This document shows, in pieces, positions 17,971 through 26,779 of a stretch of 32,000 nucleotides of DNA. The stretch is from Promethearchaeota archaeon (lineage in GTDB: Archaea > Asgardarchaeota > Lokiarchaeia > Sigyniarchaeales > Promethearchaeaceae), in NCBI GenBank assembly GCA_016933055.1, contig JAFGBS010000033.1, forward strand, positions 65,693-97,692, given 5' to 3'. Position numbers and translations under genes: made by a program. The notes under the pieces are model-generated. The model saw only the letters and a list, made by a program, of their open reading frames with translations. It had not been told where the DNA came from and did no database searches. How positions within the stretch are numbered: the first letter of the stretch is position 1; each line of letters begins with the position of its first letter.

Positions 17971-19227
17971 TTAAGTATCCCTCAAAGGCTTAAGAACCCA
18001 ACCTGCGGTTCGTTTCGTCAATGGACCCATGGAATCATGTTTCTTTATTTCAAATGGTTTGGGCATGAGAAAATTTCCCATTTCTTTTAACTCGATAGTT
18101 AATAACTCTAATTGGTTCTTTGATAATTCTCCGAAGAGAAAATACTTTATGAGGGGAGGATCCAGCTCCCAATCCCATATTCCTACTACAACTCCATTTA
18201 AAATTATGGTGTTTGTTGCATTTCCAGATCTATCAAAGATATAATCCTTTCCTTCTTCAATATATCGGTCCCGAAATTTATATCCCATAATATAAGGATC
18301 CAGAATGGGCAATAGGGAAATAATGGATTCATGAGCCGGATTTAAAACTTTTGCTAAAATTAACTGATCTGAAGAAATATAGAATTCTTGATTAAACGGA
18401 TTCACATCAATCGTGGTCAATTTTAAAAATAATTTCTCAAGGCTTTCCTTAACAACAGTTTTTCCAAAACCCGTCCACCATACAATATCATTAAGACAAA
18501 CTGGACCATAATGGTTGACGTATTGAAGAATTATTTTCTCGATAGCTTCTTGTTCTGTTATAGAATCTAATTTAACATTTGGTACTGCTTCTTCGAATAA
18601 TTCATATGTGTGCATTCTATCCAACCAATTATTTCGGGGTTTACTACGAACAATCAGTCCCAGATCTGATAAAATAATTAAGATCGAGGACAGATCTACA
18701 TCCGTTTGCAATTTTTCTCTTATTTCTCTTATTGTTAGTGGTTTGTTTTTCAATAAATCCAAAATTCTCTCTTTATAGTCCAACAAGGTTTGGTTTCCTA
18801 TTTTAATATAATCCAAACGTTTTTGCATCTGTCTTAGACGATATTTCAGAGTTGCAACATGCATAGTAGGTATTAGATCTTCATGATGAAAAAACACCGT
18901 ACCCCGAATACATCGAATTTTCGCAATATTCTTACTTTTATATAGAAGTTCGTGCAAAACATCGGTTGTAAAGTCCTTGCCGCGACAAAATAGCGATATA
19001 TATGCAGAAGAAGTATTTGTTGCATGCAAACCCAGTAAATCCGAAATAATTTGACTTATATTATTGGTATGCGTGTCTTTTGTTAAATGTGATTTCTCTA
19101 AAATAAACCGATTTCCGATTTCTTTAGGCATATTCATCTTATATTCAATTTTGATAACGGGATCTAATAAATAAATAGAAAAGTCGTTTATCATATCAAC
19201 TTCCAGAAACGAATAGGATAGGCTCAT
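17971..19227 (-). CDS. AlkZ/YcaQ-like winged-helix (HTH_42) DNA glycosylase family protein
   Basis: GLHATNTSSAYISLFCR, IRGTVFF, YVNHYGPVCLNDIVWWTG, LLPILDPYIMGYKFR, GVVVGIW. The true start may be the later Met near 19137 (MNMPKEIGNRFILEKSHL). Confidence 0.8.
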   Translation of the reverse strand: MSLSYSFLEVDMINDFSIYLLDPVIKIEYKMNMPKEIGNRFILEKSHLTKDTHTNNISQIISDLLGLHATNTSSAYISLFCRGKDFTTDVLHELLYKSKNIAKIRCIRGTVFFHHEDLIPTMHVATLKYRLRQMQKRLDYIKIGNQTLLDYKERILDLLKNKPLTIREIREKLQTDVDLSSILIILSDLGLIVRSKPRNNWLDRMHTYELFEEAVPNVKLDSITEQEAIEKIILQYVNHYGPVCLNDIVWWTGFGKTVVKESLEKLFLKLTTIDVNPFNQEFYISSDQLILAKVLNPAHESIISLLPILDPYIMGYKFRDRYIEEGKDYIFDRSGNATNTIILNGVVVGIWDWELDPPLIKYFLFGELSKNQLELLTIELKEMGNFLMPKPFEIKKHDSMGPLTKRTAGWVLKPLRDT

Positions 19228-19477
19228 TTAAGATGTAGGCACTCCTATACTTTCAAAGCTATACTAGGGTTAGATCTTTTTTGGATAGGCTTGAAGCATA
19301 GGGTGAAAAAGAATAGGGCTTTTTGAACACTGAACTTTAGGTTCCTAACCATTGGTTCAATATATATATCAAGAAAATTCCCAAACATAAAATAAATACA
19401 ATTCTAATTGATATAAGTAATATTTTTATTCACATCATGGATGTCCTTGGTTATTTAAAATTTTGTTAGGTGAAAAT

Positions 19478-20389
19478 ATGGTAAAAAAAAAACGGAAAAC
19501 TCCATATGTACCTGGAATTGCCGCTATGAAATTCAAACCGAACCATGATTGGACCATGATGGAAGCAAAAGCACTTTTTTTGGATATGAATAGCAATCGA
19601 AACATTCCTCTTGACACAATTAAATATGAGGATTGCATAATCGGAATGAGATCTCTCTCTGAAAGATCTGTTGATTTAGTAGTTGCAGATCCACCTTTTG
19701 GTATCGATTTTTCAGATAAAGAGAGTCTTTATAATCGTAATAGTAACCTTATTCTGGATGGATATGAAGAAGTGTCTAGGATTAAATATTCAGATTTTAC
19801 CAGTTTATGGATACATGAATTACCCAGGATTATGAAAAATACTGCTTCTGCTTATATTTTCTCAGGCTGGACAAACCTAAAAGAGATTTTAGAAGCAATA
19901 GGTCAGTCCGGATTATTTATAATTAATCATATAATATGGAAATACCAGTTTGGAGTATTTACAAAACGTAAATTTGTAACCAGCCATTATCATATATTAT
20001 TTTGTGTGAAAAATCCGAAAAAATATTTTTTCAACAAAATTGAACATTACCCCGAAGATGTATGGATAATTCCACGGAGATATCGGCCAGGTCAATCAAA
20101 AAACAATACAAGACTACCCGATGAAGTCGTATCTCGTTGCATTCATTTTTCATCTAGACCCGGAGATGTCGTATTTGATCCGTTTCTGGGTAATGGCACT
20201 ACGGCAGTTTGTGCTATAGCCAACTTTCGACATTATTTTGGATTTGAGATCAATAAGAACATGAAGGAGATAATTGAAAAAAGCCTCTCCGAGACAGATT
20301 TAGGCAGAGATTATATTCCTTATACCGAATTGTTACCATCACTAGAAGAACTGGCAGAAAAATATCCTGCTGTTAAAAAAAGATTGTAA
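19478..20389 (+). CDS. Beta-class amino (N6-adenine or N4-cytosine) DNA methyltransferase, orphan
   Basis: Motif IV VDLVVADPPF precedes motif I VFDPFLGNGTT (beta order), with GFEIN downstream. ATG at 19478 preferred over TTG at 19463. No nuclease gene adjacent. Confidence 0.88.
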   Translation: MVKKKRKTPYVPGIAAMKFKPNHDWTMMEAKALFLDMNSNRNIPLDTIKYEDCIIGMRSLSERSVDLVVADPPFGIDFSDKESLYNRNSNLILDGYEEVSRIKYSDFTSLWIHELPRIMKNTASAYIFSGWTNLKEILEAIGQSGLFIINHIIWKYQFGVFTKRKFVTSHYHILFCVKNPKKYFFNKIEHYPEDVWIIPRRYRPGQSKNNTRLPDEVVSRCIHFSSRPGDVVFDPFLGNGTTAVCAIANFRHYFGFEINKNMKEIIEKSLSETDLGRDYIPYTELLPSLEELAEKYPAVKKRL

Positions 20390-20406
20390 AAACCATTAAA
20401 ATAATA

Positions 20407-21018
20407 TTATTTCGATAATTTCTCCAAAACTTCATTGATTTTATGAGTGATTTGTCGTTTTGCATTAGTTAAGATACGTTTTTCCTTGTCGAATGTCTCA
20501 GCGAGTAACCGAATGAAACATAAATTATATAGTAGCGAAATACTCTTATCGCTTGTTTGGGCAAGTAATTGGAAATCTTCCTTCACTTCTTTGAACTCAT
20601 TCTTTGATTGCTTTTCGAAGGTTTTTTTTATGCGATTTAGTCCATAGCGTTTATATGCTTGTTCTCTGGCATTCTCAAGCAGTTTTGTTAGCACCATATA
20701 AATTACAATAAGATTTTGGTTATGTAAATCCCCCATACCCTCAAAATTCTTGAGAATTTGCTCCCGTACATGAGAGAGATTCATAGAGAACAGATTTTCA
20801 AAATATAATAAAAAGCGATCAATTTCATCGGGATTTAATAAATCTATTTGATCATAAATGCTTTCAATAAAAGTATCAAGAAGAAATCCTACATCTTTAA
20901 ATTGCATAACATTCTGGGGCATGCGACCCATAATTTTGTCCTTGGAAAGAAATAATTGCTGATACACGGCTTGTTGCAATAAAGTTGTCATGTTAAATTC
21001 AGGTACTAACTCTGCCAT
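20407..21018 (-). CDS. Hypothetical all-helical protein
   Basis: 203-aa ORF fills the gap between convergent and divergent neighbours; GGAGG upstream of the ATG; no recognised motif. Confidence 0.65.
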   Translation of the reverse strand: MAELVPEFNMTTLLQQAVYQQLFLSKDKIMGRMPQNVMQFKDVGFLLDTFIESIYDQIDLLNPDEIDRFLLYFENLFSMNLSHVREQILKNFEGMGDLHNQNLIVIYMVLTKLLENAREQAYKRYGLNRIKKTFEKQSKNEFKEVKEDFQLLAQTSDKSISLLYNLCFIRLLAETFDKEKRILTNAKRQITHKINEVLEKLSK

Positions 21019-21149
21019 CTCGCAAATATTCCTCCATGCCCTAAGAGAAAAAATTACTCTATAATATTATAATGTATTATTAACTAAAAATCATATCCTT
21101 AATATTTAGTCCAAATTATCATTAAGAATCTCACACCGATGATTAAACT

Positions 21150-22010
21150 ATGAATACTTTCTTTTCTTTAATCTTCTTATATTCTCTTCAAAAAGATGAG
21201 AGATTTATTGAAAACCTCTTGAATGTGAAAAAATTTTGCATATCTTGCGGAGAAGAAAAATGCGATGACTGCAGAGATAATTATGGACCATTTTCCGAGA
21301 ATATTGTCGGAGTGTATCAATTACCAGAAAGTACAAGTTTGTCATCTCTAATTGATGAACCAGAATCATTTCTACCTGAAGACATTCCGGAAGCAAATGT
21401 ATTGATTGTAGTTAATTTACACGGTGATATCCTCACTAGCATTCCAGAATTTGCTTATAATCACGGCATAAAATTGGTTATTGTGCCGATCGAAATTGGA
21501 GAGTTAGTACCTGAGGGATTGGAACGCCAAGTTAGTGATGAATTAGACAACTATAAAATAGAATATGCATTTCCACGCCCTTTTTGTGCTTTAATGAAAA
21601 ATTCAAAATACCCATTGCTAAATGAGTTCATAGACTATTTTCATTTGGGATATCCAAAGATGGACTTTAAAATAGAGAACAACCGCATTATAGAATGTGA
21701 AGTAAAAACTACTGCACCATGTGGTTCTACGTTTTATATTTGTAGAGAATTGGTCAGAAATAATACTCTTATAAATAAAAAACTTAAAGAACTGATTTCT
21801 AAATCTCATCATGCGTATCCCTGTAATGCCAGTATGAAAGAAGATCCCGTTCTCGGAGATACTACGCTTCACATTGCTGGATATATCCATCGTGAAGCAA
21901 TTTATTCTGCAATTTTAGAAAAAACCCATGATAGTAAGGCGAGAATAATCTCTGATTTGAAAAAAGAAATCGAAGAACTCAGGAAAAATTCTTTTGGAAA
22001 TGCAAAATAA
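21150..22010 (+). CDS. DUF166 family protein (archaeal), Cys-rich
   Basis: ERFIENL.N..FCISCGEEKCDDCR, AFPRPFCAL, TAPCGST, HHAYPCNASM..D...DTTLHIAGYI as recalled for DUF166. Confidence 0.7.
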   Translation: MNTFFSLIFLYSLQKDERFIENLLNVKKFCISCGEEKCDDCRDNYGPFSENIVGVYQLPESTSLSSLIDEPESFLPEDIPEANVLIVVNLHGDILTSIPEFAYNHGIKLVIVPIEIGELVPEGLERQVSDELDNYKIEYAFPRPFCALMKNSKYPLLNEFIDYFHLGYPKMDFKIENNRIIECEVKTTAPCGSTFYICRELVRNNTLINKKLKELISKSHHAYPCNASMKEDPVLGDTTLHIAGYIHREAIYSAILEKTHDSKARIISDLKKEIEELRKNSFGNAK

Positions 22011-22203
22011 GTCTTCTATCTATTTAGTCATCCTCCATAACAACAACAATAAAAATTTAATTGCAGTTAAAAGTGATATTCAAGCAATTCGTTAAAAGAT
22101 GATGGCATTTTTTCTTTAAGATCTCTTAAGTTTCAGAATACAATGCTTTTTTTTTGAATTTCGAAAAAAGTCCCGAATAAAAAATGATAAAGAGAAAAAA
22201 AAT

Positions 22204-25143
22204 CTATTCGATATAAATTGCAGGCTTCATAGGTCGTGCTTTTAATCTCTTATTCGAAGGGTCATAAATATCTTTCCGTCCCGCATTCGCAATTATGATT
22301 GACGTCCGGTATTTCTTTTTTAATATATCTATATACCCTTCAATTGCTTTCTGTTGATTATTGGGCGATAACATATCTATGCGGAAACTGTTGGGACTTT
22401 TTTGCATAAATTTGACTTCTTGTGCGACCTCCTTCATAACATTTTGTAATTCGGGAATTTTCTTTGCTGCAGACATAATTTTTTTTATGTCAATAGCTTC
22501 ATGTTCGAATAAACTATGAGTTAATTGATACAAAGTGTTTTTCCATGGTTCATTAATGTAAATATATATTGAATTGGGATCCTGTTTTATCAACGAAACA
22601 ATTTGATCAATGTCCTCCGCTAACTGGGATAGGAATTTTGCTTGTTCGGCTAGAATTCTATCATGGTTAGTAACGGTGATGGATGGGATCAATGTATTTG
22701 TGCAAAAATCTGATTTATTTTCCCGTAATCCCAACTGATCATAAATTTCTTCGCACAGGTGAGGAATTACCGGTGTTAATATCACAACTAAATCTTCAAA
22801 GATTGATCGAATCACTTGGTTACGCTCTTGTATATCTTCCATATCCTTGTCGTATTGGTCTAATTCATTAACAACATTGAAGAATCCTGTTTGAATGAAT
22901 TCACGAGCATTAAAATCTTTGATTGCTTGAATCGCTTTATTCATTAGGAGTTTGGTACTTGAAACCAGTAAATTCGAGCGGAAACTGAAATGTATTTTAT
23001 CATCTTTCCTTACATTTGAGATGGATTGAGCATACTCATAGAATCTCCGTAATTTCTTCTTAGAATTTTCTACCTCTTTATCCCTCCAATCAACAATTGA
23101 ATCGGCTGCAGCAACAGCTGCTAAATGCAAACGGGTTAAATCCACACTATATTGATCAGGGATATAAGCCATGGGAATTACATTTCCTTTTGATTTTCCC
23201 ATTTTTGATCCTTCACGAATTAATAAGTCATTCAGAGAAAACGCTTGTAACCAGTATTTTTTCGGAAATATTGCTGCATGATGGAATATGGCAAATGACA
23301 AATGATTAGAAATATGTGCAATCGCAGTATGCCTAAAATCATTGGGGTACCAATAAACGAATTCATTTCGGATTTCCTTAATTATTCCTACTGGGATTTT
23401 AATTTTCTCACTTAAGTCCTTCATTCTTCCTTTACGCAGAAATACATAATCAAAAAATTCGGGGATCAATTGCTTATCCGAAATACCATGTTCCCGCATC
23501 TTTTTGATGATGGTGTAAAAAGCCATATATATTACGGAATCACTTAATGATTCAATAATCCAACCTTTGCCTTTTTCTAGTGGAAATTCTGTCCCTAATC
23601 CCCTTCGTCTGACGCAAGGACGCTTATCTAGCCAATCAAAGACGTTTTCAAAGCTTTGACGAAACTTCGGGGGGATTATCATCATATTGTTTAATTCATC
23701 TAACGCTTTCTTTTTCCATTCGGGATCTCCATAATTAAGGAAATATTGATCCGGAATAACTGCTACTTCAATATATGCTCCACAGCGACATTTTGCTTCA
23801 ATTGAGGGTTCATAAAAATGCATTCCTAATTCTTTTTCGATTAACATCTGTTCAGCGCGATTTTTAGCTTCTTCTACTCGTAGTCCTTGAAGTTCCCCTG
23901 TGTTATCTTTCATTATCCCATTATAAAATTCCGTTTTATAGATCGTTTGTGTAGCTCGCTCTAACTTTTCCTCATCTAATTGACTGTTTACTCCCAGTTC
24001 TTTACAAATTTCTACAGCCGGTAGGTCTCCAAAATCTTTGTTTGATATAATCGAAATCGGTTGTAATGCCTGTAATTCTTCATTATCTAATGTATATTGA
24101 ACAATCGTGTTTTCATCTTTCTGTAAATCGACTAAGGCAATATAATCATAGGGCGCATGACCGGGTACAGAGTAAACTACACCCGTAGCATGATCTGTGT
24201 CTACAAAAGTAGCAGGATAGATAGGAACTTTCTTTTTAGTAATTGGAACTTCCACGGATTGTCCTATTAATTCTTCTCCAAAAAAGGATCTTACTTCAGT
24301 AAAGGATTGATTTTGCAATTTTAGTTTTTCTATGGCTTCCTTAGATACAATCCAAGTTTCCGAATTTATTTTTATTTCTACATAATAACGATCGGGATGG
24401 ATCCAAACATTGGTTATACCAAAAATTGTTTCGGGGCGTAATGTTGCAGCTACTAAATACTTCTTATCCCTCAGTCGATACTTGATACCAACAAGTTCTT
24501 GTACTTCTACTTTTTGTTCATCACCCGATTGAATGTCATCTTCTCCTACAGCGTTATTATCATTTGGACACCATAAAATCGGATATGAGCCCTTCGTGAT
24601 ATATCCTTTATCATTTAGTACTTTATATTGCCATTCGATAAATCTATTATATTCGGGATCTCCCGTGGTAAATTGATGAGTGGAATCAATGGAAAAACCC
24701 ATGCGCTGAAAATCCTGGATCAGTTTACCCGAGAAATACATTGCAACATTCATAGGTTCTGCAAAGCTTTTAAGAACTTTTTCTATTTCTTGCTCATCTT
24801 TCTCGTAGATACTAACATAGTCTTTATAAAGATCCCAATATTTCGGTTCCCGTTTTTTCAATCGATCTGCAACAGATAACACGGGAGTACCAGTTATATG
24901 AAATGCCATAGGGAAAAATACATTATATCCCGATTGTCGTTTATATCGCGCAAAAATATCTCCCAAATTATAGGTACGGCAGTGACCAATATGTAAAGGC
25001 CCCGTTGCATATGGATACGGAACAGTTATAAACCATTTCGGTTTTTTCGTATCGATCTTGCTTATGAAAATTTCTTCATCTTTCCATTTCTTCTGCCATT
25101 TCTTTTCAATTTTGCGCAGTTCGGTCAGAAAGTCATCTTTCAT
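22204..25143 (-). CDS. leuS: Leucine--tRNA ligase, archaeal/eukaryotic type
   Basis: IEKKWQKKW, ITVPYPYATGPLHIGH (HIGH), ATLRPETIFG and GVVYSVPGHAPYDY (CP1 editing domain), KMGKSKGN (KMSKS variant), KARPMKPAIYIE end. ATG at 25143 has AGGAG upstream. Confidence 0.96.
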   Translation of the reverse strand: MKDDFLTELRKIEKKWQKKWKDEEIFISKIDTKKPKWFITVPYPYATGPLHIGHCRTYNLGDIFARYKRQSGYNVFFPMAFHITGTPVLSVADRLKKREPKYWDLYKDYVSIYEKDEQEIEKVLKSFAEPMNVAMYFSGKLIQDFQRMGFSIDSTHQFTTGDPEYNRFIEWQYKVLNDKGYITKGSYPILWCPNDNNAVGEDDIQSGDEQKVEVQELVGIKYRLRDKKYLVAATLRPETIFGITNVWIHPDRYYVEIKINSETWIVSKEAIEKLKLQNQSFTEVRSFFGEELIGQSVEVPITKKKVPIYPATFVDTDHATGVVYSVPGHAPYDYIALVDLQKDENTIVQYTLDNEELQALQPISIISNKDFGDLPAVEICKELGVNSQLDEEKLERATQTIYKTEFYNGIMKDNTGELQGLRVEEAKNRAEQMLIEKELGMHFYEPSIEAKCRCGAYIEVAVIPDQYFLNYGDPEWKKKALDELNNMMIIPPKFRQSFENVFDWLDKRPCVRRRGLGTEFPLEKGKGWIIESLSDSVIYMAFYTIIKKMREHGISDKQLIPEFFDYVFLRKGRMKDLSEKIKIPVGIIKEIRNEFVYWYPNDFRHTAIAHISNHLSFAIFHHAAIFPKKYWLQAFSLNDLLIREGSKMGKSKGNVIPMAYIPDQYSVDLTRLHLAAVAAADSIVDWRDKEVENSKKKLRRFYEYAQSISNVRKDDKIHFSFRSNLLVSSTKLLMNKAIQAIKDFNAREFIQTGFFNVVNELDQYDKDMEDIQERNQVIRSIFEDLVVILTPVIPHLCEEIYDQLGLRENKSDFCTNTLIPSITVTNHDRILAEQAKFLSQLAEDIDQIVSLIKQDPNSIYIYINEPWKNTLYQLTHSLFEHEAIDIKKIMSAAKKIPELQNVMKEVAQEVKFMQKSPNSFRIDMLSPNNQQKAIEGYIDILKKKYRTSIIIANAGRKDIYDPSNKRLKARPMKPAIYIE

Positions 25144-25539
25144 CTTGCTTCTCCTTGGATGTTTGTATATAGTGGGTAAAAAAAACGTTTCTGAATCCTT
25201 GCATCCCGAATACGAACTCAATGCGTATCATATGCACTGAATGGCTGGTGTCTAAAAATGAGAATTCAGAATTTTCAAATGGTGATTGTGACCGAGGTTT
25301 TATGTATTTTTGAAATCTAACAGAGAAGACAATTCCTCACTTATAATCACCTATCATATTTATGGAGATTTTTTAGTATAAATCTTGCGTTTTTTCCATG
25401 TCACCTCCATGTTACATCCTTAGAATAAGGATATTTGTCCATATCAAAAGGGGGAGGGAGTGGATTGTGATTCAATCCAAATCTACAAATCCCTTAGAAT
25501 CTCTAAAAAGAAATTATTCTGCATAATAAGGCGGATATC

Positions 25540-25833
25540 ATGCTAGCAAATGAGATTGTTCTCAATGAGAACTGTCGTGTAATTCCCGTTCGAGAGATGC
25601 TACAATCCTGCTCAAAAACTGTATTAAATAAATTACTACATAGTGTAGATATTTGTACATGTTGTGGAGAACTTGTTCCCAAACATATTAACAGTCCAAT
25701 ACGAACAACCGGTAAATGCAAATTATGCAATTCTCTGTTTGAAGAGATGCGAAAAAATAGCTTTGAAGCACTAGAAAATATGGTAGCCATAAGTAGATAT
25801 CTAAAAATTGAAATTAACAAGCAAGAGCGATAG
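25540..25833 (+). CDS. Small hypothetical protein with putative Zn-finger (CTCC...CKLC)
   Basis: 97-aa ORF divergent from leuS; CxxC-x17-CxxC spacing followed by an amphipathic helix. Confidence 0.5.
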   Translation: MLANEIVLNENCRVIPVREMLQSCSKTVLNKLLHSVDICTCCGELVPKHINSPIRTTGKCKLCNSLFEEMRKNSFEALENMVAISRYLKIEINKQER

Positions 25834-25929
25834 AGCGATATACCAAGATGTAATTTTTTCCTTTTTTTCCAAATTATATTGAATCAGGAAACCCATTAGT
25901 ATTTTATAGATAAGTATGAATTCTTGATT

Positions 25930-26724
25930 ATGATAGATCCTTATCACTTTGCCAATCCTATATTAACAACGATTTTTAATCGAAGATCGGTTCGAAATTT
26001 TGATGAGATGCCTATACCACAAAATATAAAGGATCTTATTATAACTGGTGCTATGCGTGCACCAACTGCAGGCAATATGATGTTATATTCCATTTTAGAA
26101 GTGGACTCTCAAGAGATAAAAACCGCATTGGCAAAGACTTGTGATAATCAACCGTTTATTGCCACCTCCCCTTTTATTCTCCTTTTTCTGGCAGACTATC
26201 AAAAGTGGTATGATTATTTTGAATTTTGTAATGTCAAAGAGATGTGTTCCCGATTGGAACTACAGTATAATGATCCGAAAGAATCCAATTTATTAATGTG
26301 TTTTGTGGACGCAGTAATCGCTGCACAGAATGCAGTAATTACAGCTGAATCCCAGGGAATCCGTTCCTGTTATATTGGAGATATTATGGAGCATTATGAG
26401 ACTCATCGAGATTTGTTCCAACTTCCCAAATATGCGTTCCCCGCCGCGATGGTTTGTTTTGGATACCCTAAACATCCAGAACCACTTGGCCAAATAACCA
26501 AACGGTTTGAGAAGAATTTGATTTTCCATAAAAATTCATACGCTCCTTGGTCACTCTCCCGAATTAGAGAATTCCATGCAGACATCACCACAACACGAAA
26601 AATTCCCACAAAATATTCTGAATTGAAGAATGTCGGACAATACATCTACAAATTTAAAAGTGGAGCCGAATTTAGCAAAGAGATGAATCGTTCTGTTAAA
26701 GAGATGCTGAAAAATTGGCGATAA
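25930..26724 (+). CDS. Nitroreductase family flavoprotein (NfsA/Frp/NfrA-like)
   Basis: RRSVRNF, APTAGN, NQPFIATSP, DAVIAAQNAVITAESQGIRSCYIG. Start is either ATG 25930 or TTG 25924. Confidence 0.88.
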   Translation: MIDPYHFANPILTTIFNRRSVRNFDEMPIPQNIKDLIITGAMRAPTAGNMMLYSILEVDSQEIKTALAKTCDNQPFIATSPFILLFLADYQKWYDYFEFCNVKEMCSRLELQYNDPKESNLLMCFVDAVIAAQNAVITAESQGIRSCYIGDIMEHYETHRDLFQLPKYAFPAAMVCFGYPKHPEPLGQITKRFEKNLIFHKNSYAPWSLSRIREFHADITTTRKIPTKYSELKNVGQYIYKFKSGAEFSKEMNRSVKEMLKNWR

Positions 26725-26779
26725 TAATAATGATGAAATTGCGGGACTAAATTAAAATAAAAAAAGTGAGAAATGAATT

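Noticed and set aside
19478-19501. NLS-like KKKRK at the MTase N-terminus
   Set aside because: Short Lys-rich stretches are common in AT-rich genomes and there is no nucleus.
19463-21018. Restriction-modification pair (MTase plus 203-aa ORF)
   Set aside because: The 203-aa protein is convergent, all-helical and shows no PD-(D/E)xK, HNH or GIY-YIG motif.
25144-25221. 26-aa N-terminal extension of LeuRS from the ORF track
   Set aside because: Homology begins just after Met at 25143, which has an SD-like AGGAG.
25144-25400. T-box riboswitch upstream of leuS
   Set aside because: No T-box consensus (TGGNACCGCG) or terminator; T-boxes are bacterial.
25930-26724. Nitroreductase as the flavin ene-reductase partner (5beta-reductase analogue) of the steroid-like cluster
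   Set aside because: 15 kb away with unrelated genes between, and NfsA-like rather than old-yellow-enzyme family.
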